Positions 1-9,897 of a DNA stretch of 64,000 nucleotides are shown here, one piece after another. A program made the position numbers and the translations under genes. Position 1 is the stretch's first letter. Each line of letters begins with the position of its first letter. Source of the DNA: an uncultured delta proteobacterium (GTDB taxonomy: Bacteria; Desulfobacterota; Binatia; UBA9968); assembly GCA_963804165.1 (NCBI GenBank), contig CAWDPO010000030.1, positions 32,001 through 96,000 on the forward strand. Direction: 5' to 3'. Under the pieces are notes generated by a model. That model was not told the DNA's origin. It worked only from the letters and a program-made list of their open reading frames with translations, and searched no databases.

Positions 1-437
1 GAGGGAATGTTCTGCAGCTCCTCGACGCTGACGTTCGTCGTCGTCGCCATCTTCTTGGTGTCGACGATCGGCGATGTCGCTGGTGACCTGGACCTGCGTC
101 GAGCGACGCCGGCGACCGCCAGCGCGATTTTCAGCGGGACGCTGCGCGCCGGTGGCGACGACGATGCTCTTATTCAGGTAGTCGCTGAAGCCGGCCAGCT
201 TCGCGGTGACCGTGTACGTGCCGGGCGCGAGGTTCAGGAAGTGCGCTTCACCGGCGGTCGTCGGTGACCGCCGAGTGCTTCTGCGGCCCGCTGATGTCGA
301 CGGTGACGCCCGGAAGGACGGCGCCGGTGCTGTCGGCGACGGCGGCGTCGATGCGCCCCGTGGAATGCGCCGCCGATGGGCTGCTACCGCCAGGGGCGGC
401 GCACAGGATCACGGTAGCACGAATGAGCGGAAAGCAT
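1..437 (-). CDS. TonB-dependent receptor (Oar-like), N-terminal carboxypeptidase-regulatory-like domain; frameshifted, runs off window start
   Basis: Manual minus-strand translation across frames gives GRIDAAVADSTGAVLPGVTVDISGP..AGEAHFLNLAPGTYTVTAKLAGFSDY..IVDTKKMATTTNVSVEELQNIP, typical of acidobacterial TonB receptors. Confidence 0.7.
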
Positions 438-495
438 CAAACCACCCCCAACTATGCAAGAAGAGGCCGTCTAAGCGCTGCTGAGGTATAATCAG

Positions 496-774
496 CTACT
501 TGGCGAATCGGTCGAAGATGTCGACCAGCTCCTGAGAGCCACTGTGCCGCGCTCCGGTTCTCCCTTGGCAAACGCTGTCAGGGACGCACTTTTCGACGTG
601 GAAACGGAAGACCGCCAGGCTGATGCGGTTGAGGGCGGCCTCGGCAGCGGCGAGCTGCTGCAGGATTTCGATGCAGAGCCGGGGTTCCTGCACCATCCGG
701 CGGATGCCCCGCACCTGGCCCTCGATCCGGTTCAACCGCGTGACGAGAGCCTGCTGCTGCGCCTCGTCCAACAT
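496..774 (-). CDS. CsoR/RcnR-family metal-sensing transcriptional repressor
   Basis: RLNRIEGQVRGIRRMV..C.EILQQLAA..H...C motif. Confidence 0.9.
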   Translation of the reverse strand: MLDEAQQQALVTRLNRIEGQVRGIRRMVQEPRLCIEILQQLAAAEAALNRISLAVFRFHVEKCVPDSVCQGRTGARHSGSQELVDIFDRFAK

Positions 775-827
775 CGGGGAGCCCCTTTGCGTGTGGAGTT
801 AAGGGCGACACTATATACACAATAGAA

Positions 828-1104
828 GTGGAAACGCGGGTGAAAATTCGAACGGGGGCGGTTCTCGGTGCCGGCGTGATGGGGGCCCAGATCGCGGCGC
901 ACTTCGCGAACGCCGGCCTGCGGGTCCGCCTGCTGGACGTGACACGCGACGCGGCCCGCGAGGGCTCGAGCGGGCGAAACGGCTCAAACCGGATCCTTTT
1001 TCACGCCCGACACGGCCGCGTCGATCGAGACCGGTAGTTTCGACGAGGACCTGGCCGGGCTGTCAGAGTCCGACTGGATCGTCGAAGCGATCGTCGAGCA
1101 GCTC
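828..1104 (+). pseudogene. 3-hydroxyacyl-CoA dehydrogenase (FadN-like), N-terminal fragment cut at a junction
   Basis: AVLGAGVMGAQIAAHFANAG Rossmann motif; after a frameshift continues DWIVEAIVEQL, then stops abruptly. Confidence 0.8.
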
Positions 1105-1111
1105 ATCAGAG

Positions 1112-1815
1112 CTTAACGTCACCCACGCGACTTTGACCGCGTTCTCAGCGGCGATCAGATCGGCTTGCGCCGTATAGAGGTTGGCCTCCGCTCTGGCGAC
1201 ATCGATGCGAGCCCGGGTGCCGACCTCGTAAAAACCTCGCGCTTGGCGAACCAGAAGTTCGCGGTTTCGCACCGTGTCCTTGCGCACATTGACGAGTGCT
1301 TGGGCGCCTAGATAAACATAGTAGGCCTGCTTGATCGCCAGAATGATATCCTGGTTTGTCGTCTCATAGTCTTGCTTCGTCGCGTCCAGAGTCTCTCGCG
1401 CCGCCTGGACGTTGCCCTCGCGTTTGCCGAAATTATAAAGCGTCATATTGAAGTTCGCCTGACTGGAGAACGTGTCTGCTGCATGATCGCTACCACCGCT
1501 GGTGCTGCTCTGGCTGGTGCGGTAAGAATTGCTCATGCCAATGGTGGGGTAATATGCCGACATCTGCTGGCCCAAAACCGCCTGCTGAGAACCGACTCGC
1601 TCGTTCGCGGATTTGATCCTCGGATGATTTTCCAATCCGATCCGAACGGCGTCTTCGATCGTAAGCAGTTTTCCGGTTGGCGAGGGCGAAGTCGATGGCG
1701 CCGCTTGAACCTGCATCTGAATTTCAGCCCCCCTGACCGAGGCCGCGAGACCCAACCCGCATCCTGCAATGCAAGCAGTTAATCGCAATATCTGACTAAC
1801 GTTTTTTCCGGTCAT
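1112..1815 (-). CDS. TolC-family outer membrane efflux protein, C-terminally truncated at the junction
   Basis: Signal peptide; LTIEDAVRIGLENHP, YNFGK, FYEVGTRARIDV; only about half a TolC is present. Confidence 0.8.
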
Positions 1816-1934
1816 ACAGTTCCTCCGTGTTAGCGCCGGCAGAATATATGGTTTTTAGTCCTTGAAAGCAAAACCGCGGAAGTGCCCATTTTCCGGGAGC
1901 AAATCGCGCCGAAAATGCCTTTGTTGGCCGCGGT

Positions 1935-2708
1935 TTAAGGTAGCAGTGCAAAAATTCGCAGCGGCGCGCCGCTGCCTCCTTTGATTTTCATCGGCAACGC
2001 GAAAATCGTCATGCTTTTGGCCGGCAACCGATCCAAACCTGCGACATTTTCAAAGATCGGCACATTGGCCGCGCCGAGAATTTGATGGACGACAAAATCG
2101 CGGGATTGCCCGTGGTCGATGCTCGGCGTGTCGATTCCGACTGCTTTCACTTGTCTTTGTTTGACGAGAAACTCGGCGATCTGTTTCGACAGACCGGGAA
2201 AATGAAGATCGGCGACGTTACCGGGCTCCTCGGTACCGAAGTAACGCTTGCGGTCACCCCAATACTGCCCCCAACCCGTGCGCGCCAGCACGATCGAGCC
2301 TGGCGCGATCCGTCCATGAGTCTTTTCCCAGGCGCGCAAGTCTTCGATCTGTAATAGATAATCCGGATTCTTCTCGGCCTTTCGCCGCACATCAATGACG
2401 ACTCCCGGACCGATGGTTCGGGCCAGCGGAATCTGTTCGACGGTCCACTTGCCTTCGGCGAAGTGAAACGGCGCATCCATGTGCGTGCCGACGTGTTCGG
2501 ACGCACTGTAATTGTAAGAGGAGTACCAGAATCCCGCCGGGGTCCTGCCTTCGTTTACTTTTTCAAGGTGAAACGGCTTGGCAGTAGGCCAGTGATGGGT
2601 TTCTTCGCTGAAGGGGTAAGTCAAATCGACGAGCTTTTTCTCGTCCAACGCGTGCGCAGGTCGCGCCCACAAAAGCAGCGAGAACGACAGAACGAGCAGC
2701 GTTCGCAT
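1935..2708 (-). CDS. Cyclase/kynurenine formamidase-family metal hydrolase with signal peptide
   Basis: EHVGTHMDAPFH, GIDTPSID, FEN, GGSGAPLR motifs. Confidence 0.9.
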   Translation of the reverse strand: MRTLLVLSFSLLLWARPAHALDEKKLVDLTYPFSEETHHWPTAKPFHLEKVNEGRTPAGFWYSSYNYSASEHVGTHMDAPFHFAEGKWTVEQIPLARTIGPGVVIDVRRKAEKNPDYLLQIEDLRAWEKTHGRIAPGSIVLARTGWGQYWGDRKRYFGTEEPGNVADLHFPGLSKQIAEFLVKQRQVKAVGIDTPSIDHGQSRDFVVHQILGAANVPIFENVAGLDRLPAKSMTIFALPMKIKGGSGAPLRIFALLP

Positions 2709-2752
2709 AGATGATCCTCCAATTCGTAACTGAATTTAACGACGGGGCGAGG

Positions 2753-3190
2753 TTAACGGTTGGCGCGGACGGCATCGAGCTGGCGGCGGGCGTCGCCGAA
2801 GTCCGGATTGATCTTGAGAGCCGCTTCGAATTCCTTCTCAGCTTCGGCTCGACGTCCGGCGTCGGCGAGGGCGCGGCCCAATTCATAATGCGCGACATCG
2901 TCATCCGGGCAAATGACCAATCCTTCGCGATAAAGCGAAATCACTTGATCACGATTCGTCGATAGTTGCGCCTTGTCGAAATAATCGCGAAAGGCGCGAA
3001 CGCAGTCTTTCTGCTTTTGATCCTGGACCTGCTGCCCGGCGGCCAGCGCCTCCAACTCTTTGCGCTGGCGGGCGATCTCGGTTTCCTGCTGGCGGAGCTG
3101 CTCCGCCTGACGTTCCAGGACTTCCGAGTTACAAGCCGCTGACGCAGCAAAAAAGCATAGAAGGAAAATCCCGTTTGCAACGCGTTTCAT
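2753..3190 (-). CDS. TPR-repeat protein, probable lipoprotein
   Basis: Lipobox-like SAAC, coiled coil, TPR AHYELGRAL..EFEAALKINP. Confidence 0.75.
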   Translation of the reverse strand: MKRVANGIFLLCFFAASAACNSEVLERQAEQLRQQETEIARQRKELEALAAGQQVQDQKQKDCVRAFRDYFDKAQLSTNRDQVISLYREGLVICPDDDVAHYELGRALADAGRRAEAEKEFEAALKINPDFGDARRQLDAVRANR

Positions 3191-3211
3191 CTCGAATACC
3201 CTGCTCGCGCT

Positions 3212-5537
3212 TCACGATTTAATGTTCTCCAACCCAAGATAAATCTTTTCGGCTTTGATCGGCAAGTCTCTGATGCGCACACCGACGGCATCGTAAATAG
3301 CGTTGGCGATCGCCGGCGCTACGGGAATGAGCGCGCTTTCGCCGATGCCCTTGGCGCCGAAGGGACCATTGCGATCCGGTACTTCGACGCAGATCGGATC
3401 GATCACTGAAGGCATGTCACCAAGCGACGGCAAAACATAATCGACTAGATTGGGATTAATCAGTTGGCCGTTGTCATAAGCGATCTCTTCAAACATCGCC
3501 TGGCCGATCCCGGTGATCGCCGCGCCGGCAAGCTGCTGGCGGCAACCCAGCGGGTTGAGCGCTTTGCCGACGTCGACGGCGGTGGCGTACTTGATAAGTT
3601 TGAACTTTCCCGTGTCGATATCGACTTCCACTTCCGCGGCGCCGGCGGCGAGAAACCAAAACGCCGACGTACTCTTTTCGCCGAACTCGTCTTTGGTTGA
3701 CGTCTTAACTTGCCCATCACCGACAAGAGTGCCGCCTTGCATGCCGAAACGCTTGAACATGACCTCGGCGTAGTCGAGCGCGGTCTCCGGCAAACGAACT
3801 TTACCGTCCGCGAAACTAATTTTGTCTTCGGGGACGCCGTATTCTTTAGCGACAATCTGTTTAAGCTGGCGCTGGATATCCTGCGCCGCTAACTGCACCG
3901 CTTTGCCCATGTGAAAGGTCGAGCGGCTCGACGACGTGGTCAAATCATAAGGCACGACGTCGGTGTCGACGCCAAGCACCTGGATTTTTTTTATCGCAAT
4001 GCCCAGCTCGGCGCCGGCGATCTGCGCCATCACGGTATCGGAGCCCTGTCCCATTTCCACCGTGCCAATATAAATCGACAGGCTCGCATCTTCGTTGAGC
4101 TTCACCACGGCGCAAGAGATCGATGGCGTGATCGTCGCCTTGATCATGCACGCAAGCCCCTTACCGCGCCTTAGACTTCCGTCATTGAACTTTTGAACGT
4201 TTGAACCTTTGAACGCTTTATCTTCCCAGCCAATCGACTTGGCGACTTCGTCTAAGCATTCTTTAAGTCCCACCGCGCGCAGAGTTTCGTCAGTAACGAA
4301 TTTATCACCCTCGTTGTAGCCGTTCTGCTTGCGCAGCTCGAGGGGATCGATCTTGAGCGCTGCGGCGATAATATCCATCTGCGACTCAACAGCCCAGGCG
4401 GACTGCGATACCCCGAAACCGCGGAACGCGCCCGCCGGCGGTTTGTTGGTGTAGACGGAATACGAATCGATTTTTAGATTGGGAATTCGATACGGCCCGG
4501 CTGCCGTGTAACCGGATTTTTTTGCGACGCGCGGGCCGATCTCGGCATAGGCGCCGGTGTCGAGATGAATCTCGCACTCGCGCGCTACCAACGTGCCGTC
4601 GTTTTTGACGCCGGTCTTCATGCGAATCACCGCGGCGTGTTTGGTGATCGTGTAAAAGACTTCTTCGCGCGACAGAACCACGCGCACCGGTCGTCCGGCT
4701 TTTTGTGCCAAGGCCACCGTGATCGGTTCGACTTTCGGATAAACCTTGCCGCCATATCCGCCGCCGAGATAGGGCACGATGACGCGGACTTTCGCAACCG
4801 GCACTTTGAAAATATTGGCGAGCTGCGTGCGTACGACGAAGGGATTCTGCGTCGTCGCCCACACGGTGATCCGTCCGCCCGGCTCGACCGATGCGATGCA
4901 TGCATGGGTTTCTAAGAAGCAATGTTGGGTTGCCGGCAACGTAAAGGTGTCCTCGAAGATCTGCTCCGCCTCGGCAAAACCTTTGTCGATGTCGCCGCGG
5001 TTCAGTCGAAAGTGCGTGCAGATGTTGGTGCCGTCGATCGGTTTGAGCTCGGCGAGATCGGCAAAGCCTGATCGCCGGTATTCGCACCTTCTCATGCACC
5101 AGAGTGGGGTTCTGCTTGATCGCGTCCTGAACGTTGAACACCGCAGGCAGCTCCTCGTAGTCGACTTCAATCAGACTCCAGCGCTTCTTCCGCCGCGTCG
5201 ACGGTCAAAGCCGCAACCGCCGCCACCGGATCGCCGACGTGGCGCACCTTTTCCACCGCGACGATCGTCTGATCTTTGAACACCGGGCCGTAGTAGGGCT
5301 CGATGCCCTCATCATGAAGAATATCGTCGCGCGTCAGCACCGCCATGACACCGGCAACTTTCTGCGCTTTCGAAGTATCGATGCGCTTGATCCGCGCATG
5401 CGGGTAAGGACTACGCAGAATCTTGCCGTGGCACATGCCCGGGACACTCATGTCCGCCAAGATAGTGCGCCCTGCCCGGTGACTTTCGTTTCGTAATCTA
5501 AACGCCGCACCGATTTGCCGATTTGGGTTGTGTCCAT
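3212..5537 (-). CDS. Xanthine dehydrogenase-family molybdopterin-binding large subunit (CoxL-like), frameshifted near 5090, 5170 and 5465
   Basis: IGKSVRRLD start, LRSPYPHARI, GGGYGGK, AFRGFG, EMGQG, GAKGIGE. Confidence 0.9.
4185..4214. repeat. Four TTGAAC units at 8-nt period inside the CoxL-like CDS
   Basis: TTGAAC at 4185, 4193, 4201, 4209. Confidence 0.85.
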
Positions 5538-5577
5538 AGAGTCTTCTCGCATCGTTCTCCGCGTCTATTGGCGTGCC

Positions 5578-5629
5578 GGCCCCCCTCCTTCATCCTCCCC
5601 CGCGCTCGGGGGAGGAAAGAGGTGGGGGC
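5578..5629. repeat. REP-like hairpin CCCCCTCC..CCTCCCCCG/CGGGGGAGG..GGTGGGGG
   Basis: Imperfect inverted repeat between the small and large subunit genes; related hairpin at ~6195-6232. Confidence 0.65.
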
Positions 5630-5668
5630 AGAGGGCGCAAAGACCAGTGACGGTTCGTTTAGAGCGAA

Positions 5669-6133
5669 TCAGCTCCTGGCCACGTTCTTAACCGCCTGCA
5701 TGATCTCTTGATAACAGCCGCAGCGGCAAAAGTTGCCAGCCAAATAATCTCTAATCTGTTGCTCCGAAGGCTGAGGACACTCATCGAGCAGCGCTTTCGC
5801 TGTTAGAATGAAACCGGATGTGCAGTAGCCGCACTGAAGAGCGCCAAACTCCATGAACGCCTCTTGGAGTGGATGCAGTGATTTCTTTTCGCTCAATCCT
5901 TCGATGGTTAGGACTTCGCAGCCTTCCGCATCTACCGCCAACATCGCACAGGCGCTCACTGGTTTGCCGTCGACGAGCAACGTGCAAGCGCCGCACACTT
6001 GAATATCGCAGCCGAGTTTGGCGCCGGTGAGGCCGAGCTGGTCGCGCACCATGTCGAGCAGCGTTGTACGCGCTTCGACTTCGACGCTACGTTGCATACC
6101 GTTAACTTTCAATGAAACGGTCTTATGATTCAT
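5669..6133 (-). CDS. (2Fe-2S)-binding small subunit (CoxS-like)
   Basis: GC-x4-CGAC, SAC, QCGYC, CRC motifs; ATG at 6133. Confidence 0.93.
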   Translation of the reverse strand: MNHKTVSLKVNGMQRSVEVEARTTLLDMVRDQLGLTGAKLGCDIQVCGACTLLVDGKPVSACAMLAVDAEGCEVLTIEGLSEKKSLHPLQEAFMEFGALQCGYCTSGFILTAKALLDECPQPSEQQIRDYLAGNFCRCGCYQEIMQAVKNVARS

Positions 6134-6285
6134 CTTTTTTTCTGCTGTGCAAAAACACCTGAGGTACAGAAACGTGGTCATCTGCGTTCGGAACTCACCC
6201 CTATCCTCACCTTTCCCCGTCAAGGGGAAAGGAAAAAATTCCGAGTCTAGATATCGGTTGCTGCGCCCATCTATACAATCGTTGA

Positions 6286-7161
6286 TTACCCGCTGAGAGC
6301 TTTCTTGTAAGCCGCGTCCGCGGCGCGCTTTACGAGCGTGCGCACGATCGCCCGTTTGTACTGCTCGGAGCCGCGCAAATCGCTGGTCGGACTGCATTCT
6401 TGTGACGCGATTCCACCCGCTTCCGCGATAAGCTCCGCTGCCAGTTTCTTGCCGGTTATCAACGCTTCGGCCTTGCGCGCGCGCACCGGTGTCGGGCCGA
6501 CGCAGCCGAGCACGATGCGCGCGGCTTGAATCGCTTCATCACCGGTATTTAACGTGAGCCGAACCGCGACGCCGGCCGATGGCTTGTCGACCACGGAGCT
6601 GCTGGAAAAGCGAATGTACTCGATACCGGAGCGAGGCTGAAGCGGCGGCAAAACCACTTGCGTGAGGATTTCATCGTCAGCGAGGCTTGTCGTATAAAAG
6701 TCGAGGAACAATTCTTCGACGGCCATCGTGCGCGCTCCGTTTGGTCCGACGATTCTCACTTTACCGTCAAGCGCGATGAAAATCTGCGATAGATCCGTCA
6801 ACGGCTCGCCGGAAGCGAGATTGCCGCCGACGGTTCCCATGCTGCGCACACGGATATTGGCGACTTCTCTTTCGGCTTCGCAGAGCACTGGGAATTTCTC
6901 TTTCACCAGCGCCGAGGTTTCGAGTTCGCGGTGGGTCACGAGCGCGCCGATGGTCAAACCTTCTTTCGAGTCGTACTGGATGCCCCTGAGCTCGGGAATC
7001 CTTTTAATGTTGACCAATGACTTAGGCTCATAAAGGCCCTGCTTCATGAGAATAGTGAGATGGGAGCCACCGGCGAAGACCTTTGCCTCGCCGGCGTGTT
7101 GTTTCAGCAGTGCGCAGGCTTCGGCAACCGTAGTCGGTTCCAGATAATCGAAATTTTTCAA
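6286..7161 (-). CDS. FAD-binding medium subunit (CoxM-like)
   Basis: FDYLEP, AGGS, IGALVTH, RSMGTVGGN, SDLRGSEQYKR. Confidence 0.93.
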   Translation of the reverse strand: MKNFDYLEPTTVAEACALLKQHAGEAKVFAGGSHLTILMKQGLYEPKSLVNIKRIPELRGIQYDSKEGLTIGALVTHRELETSALVKEKFPVLCEAEREVANIRVRSMGTVGGNLASGEPLTDLSQIFIALDGKVRIVGPNGARTMAVEELFLDFYTTSLADDEILTQVVLPPLQPRSGIEYIRFSSSSVVDKPSAGVAVRLTLNTGDEAIQAARIVLGCVGPTPVRARKAEALITGKKLAAELIAEAGGIASQECSPTSDLRGSEQYKRAIVRTLVKRAADAAYKKALSG

Positions 7162-7178
7162 CGTCGCATTCGTCTCGC

Positions 7179-7251
7179 GTTCAAGGTTCCAGGTTTAACG
7201 TTCAAAGTTATCCGGATCAGACCTTGACCTTTGAACTTTTGAACCTTGAAC
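7179..7251. repeat. GTTCAA/TTGAAC tandem-unit hairpin
   Basis: Four GTTYMA-like units at 7-nt period, spacer containing TCCGGA, then four TTGAMC units. Confidence 0.85.
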
Positions 7252-7252
7252 T

Positions 7253-8599
7253 CTAGATATATTTCACCTTATCGACCCCAGGGATCTCGACTTTTTCGAA
7301 GCGCCAGTGATCTTTCATCGGCGCGGTCGCATCGATACCTAACCCCGCTGTGACGCGCGCCTCCGGACAAGAAGGATCCAATGTGGAGCAAGCAATGCGC
7401 GGTATGATAATCGCGTCCTTGTCGGCCTGAAAACGCGTCGCCATTGCCCAATCGACCTGCATCGGATCGAACGGATCGATGTCGTCGTCGACGACGATCA
7501 CTTGTTTCAGACCGATGCCCATCGAAAGCAAAGCGAGAATCACGTTGCGCCCTTCGTTCTCGGCGCGCTTCTTGATCGACACCACGACGTGATGGCGAAA
7601 CGTCCCGCCCGGCGTCATGTTGACGCCGCGCACTTCGGGCACGATCTTTTTTACTTCGCGATAAACCACCGCGGCGTTGCCGTACTCGATCAGCGTGTGA
7701 TTTTCGGTTACGGGCATGCCGGTGAGCGCCGTCTGCCAGATCGGATTCTGCCGCATGGTAATCCCGGTAACCTTTAGCACCGGCGCCTGTTTGGCCTCGC
7801 TGTAGCAGCCTGGATATTCCCCGTAGGGGCCATCGGCAACGCGCTCGCCGGGTATGGTCACGCCTTCGATGACAACTTCGGAGAACGCCGGAACCTCGAC
7901 ATCTATGGTTTCGCACTTCGTCAATTTCACCGCTGCGCCGCGCAAACCGCCGGCAACGTGAAACTCGTCTATGCCAAAGGGCACTCGCGCTTGCGAGCCG
8001 ACGACGATGGCCGGATCGACACCGACGGCAGTGGCAACTTCTAATCCTCTGTTCTTTTCTTCCGCTTTCAAAATCATTCGACCCAAGTGATGATCGGCCG
8101 GCGCCCAGAGCGATAATTTATCTCGGCCGAGCACGAGCATGCGGTGGATCGACAAGTTGCGAGTGCCGGTGTCCGGATCTTTGCCGACTTGCACGCCGAT
8201 GGTGACGTACGGGCCGACATCTTTGGCGGCGTGTGTAACGATGGGCAGCTTCGATAAATCGATCTGATCACCGGTCCATTTGATTTCTTTGCAAGGCGCG
8301 CTGGAAACCATCTCGGGCGCGATGCGCTTGTCCTCTAAGGTCAAATAGCGCTCGAGCATCTGCTCCTGCGGTACACCGAGCCCGAGGGCCACCAGTTTAC
8401 GAGTCGCGAACAATCCGCCCAATACGCGCCAACCCGGATGGCCTTTGACGTTCTCGAACAGCAACGCCGGCCCTTCGATATCCGAGGTCTTGCGCATGCC
8501 GGCGGCGATCTCATACTTGACGTCGACTTCGTTTTGGACGCGAAGAAGCTGCTTCTGACTTTCGAGATGAGTTAAAAAGCCTCTGAGATCCTCAAACAT
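7253..8599 (-). CDS. UbiD-family (prFMN-dependent) decarboxylase
   Basis: DLRGFL, PALLFENVKG, NLSIHR, DGPYGEYPG, VVDDDIDPFD..VDWAMATR. Confidence 0.93.
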   Translation of the reverse strand: MFEDLRGFLTHLESQKQLLRVQNEVDVKYEIAAGMRKTSDIEGPALLFENVKGHPGWRVLGGLFATRKLVALGLGVPQEQMLERYLTLEDKRIAPEMVSSAPCKEIKWTGDQIDLSKLPIVTHAAKDVGPYVTIGVQVGKDPDTGTRNLSIHRMLVLGRDKLSLWAPADHHLGRMILKAEEKNRGLEVATAVGVDPAIVVGSQARVPFGIDEFHVAGGLRGAAVKLTKCETIDVEVPAFSEVVIEGVTIPGERVADGPYGEYPGCYSEAKQAPVLKVTGITMRQNPIWQTALTGMPVTENHTLIEYGNAAVVYREVKKIVPEVRGVNMTPGGTFRHHVVVSIKKRAENEGRNVILALLSMGIGLKQVIVVDDDIDPFDPMQVDWAMATRFQADKDAIIIPRIACSTLDPSCPEARVTAGLGIDATAPMKDHWRFEKVEIPGVDKVKYI

Positions 8600-8635
8600 A
8601 GTTCCATCCTATCATTGATGAGTCGCTCTCGGACC

Positions 8636-8699
8636 AGATCCTTCACTGCGTTCAGGATGACAGCCCAAAAGGTGTCATTCTGAACAAAGCGAAGAATCT
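8636..8699. repeat. REP-like pair AGATCCTTC..TCAGGATGAC / GTCATTCTGA..GAAGAATCT
   Basis: Inverted pair; same family at ~31003-31135 and 36839-38390. Confidence 0.8.
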
Positions 8700-8762
8700 C
8701 GACTCAGGCTTTCATGGCTGAGCGACAATCTGCTAGTCAATCTTTTATCAACCATCGCAGTG

Positions 8763-9764
8763 TCACTTCAACCGCAAGAGCGGCAACACTTCGTCGATAA
8801 ATCGCTTCACCTGATTCAATTGATCCTTCGAGGTAAAACGCAGCACCGGCGTGGTGATGCCCATGTCGATCCATTCCTGGATGAGGCGAGCGCAATTTTT
8901 CGGTGGCCCGTGCGCTAGCCAAATCTTGATCAAACTCTCAGGCGGATAGTTCGGTCCGTAATAATGATTGAAGTAATCTTTCGCTTCAGCGTAGGCCGTC
9001 TGTCGGTCGTCGTTGATGTTAACCATGCCGTGGATCGCGCATTCGAAGTTGGACAAATCTTTGTCGGCTTCGCCGGCAGCTTGTTCAATGACATGCCAGC
9101 GTTTCGCGAATTCGTCCGCTGTCACGCCCATCGTGATGTAACCGTCGGCCAGCGTGCCCACTCTGCGCATCGCCTGGTCGACGATTTTGTCGCCGACCTG
9201 CTCACGTTCAGGACTTACGGCAATCCAGATCGGCGGCAACTTCTGCACCGGCTTGGGCACGATGTTGTAGCCTTCGAGTGTGTAATACTTGCCGCGGTGC
9301 GTCACTTCACGGTCGCCCCAGATTTGCCGCAGCAACTCGATCCCTTCTTTCATGCGTCCGACACGCTCCTCGCGCTTGACGCCGAAAGCTCTGAGCTCGC
9401 CTTCATGCGCACCGCCGATGCACACGCCAAGCAAAGCTCTTCCTTTGGAAATCTGATCGAGCGATGCCCACTGAATCGCCAGAAGGACGGGATGGCGCAC
9501 GGGGAAAGAAGCCATGCAGATCGTGCCGAGCCGCACCTTTTTCGTATGGGTCGCCACAGCCGAGAGCATCGTGATCGCTTCGAGGCGCGGCTTGTGGATC
9601 AAACTATCGCCAAACCAGACCGATTCAAACACGCCGGAGTGTTCGGCTAACCGAGCGGTTTCGATCAGCTCATCGATATCGGTGAGACCAAACAACGCGC
9701 CGCGATTCGGCAGACTAATCCCCCATCTTATCGGCAAGTTTCGCATCCGTGTTTTCCTGTCCAC
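8763..9764 (-). CDS. LLM-class flavin-dependent oxidoreductase
   Basis: SVWFGDSL, RHPVLLA..WASLDQISKGR, PKPVQ..PPIWIA. Confidence 0.92.
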   Translation of the reverse strand: MDRKTRMRNLPIRWGISLPNRGALFGLTDIDELIETARLAEHSGVFESVWFGDSLIHKPRLEAITMLSAVATHTKKVRLGTICMASFPVRHPVLLAIQWASLDQISKGRALLGVCIGGAHEGELRAFGVKREERVGRMKEGIELLRQIWGDREVTHRGKYYTLEGYNIVPKPVQKLPPIWIAVSPEREQVGDKIVDQAMRRVGTLADGYITMGVTADEFAKRWHVIEQAAGEADKDLSNFECAIHGMVNINDDRQTAYAEAKDYFNHYYGPNYPPESLIKIWLAHGPPKNCARLIQEWIDMGITTPVLRFTSKDQLNQVKRFIDEVLPLLRLK

Positions 9765-9785
9765 TGTTAAAAGAACAGCTCATAG

Positions 9786-9810
9786 CTGTCAAGCAAGCTC
9801 GGCTTGACAG
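9786..9810. promoter_or_regulatory. Perfect palindrome CTGTCAAGC-N7-GCTTGACAG between divergent genes (operator and/or back-to-back -35 boxes)
   Basis: Read directly; contains TTGACA on both strands. Confidence 0.5.
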
Positions 9811-9897
9811 TCGCGCGAGAATGCGGCCACATAGCACATGTGCAGGGCGACGCCTTGTCGCCAAGAAAGCACCGAAACTGAGCCGGAGGTTGCCCCA

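Noticed and set aside
3212-7161. Aerobic CO dehydrogenase (coxMSL order)
   Set aside because: Active-site loop is AFRGFG, not AYxCSFR (form I) or AYRGAGR (form II)
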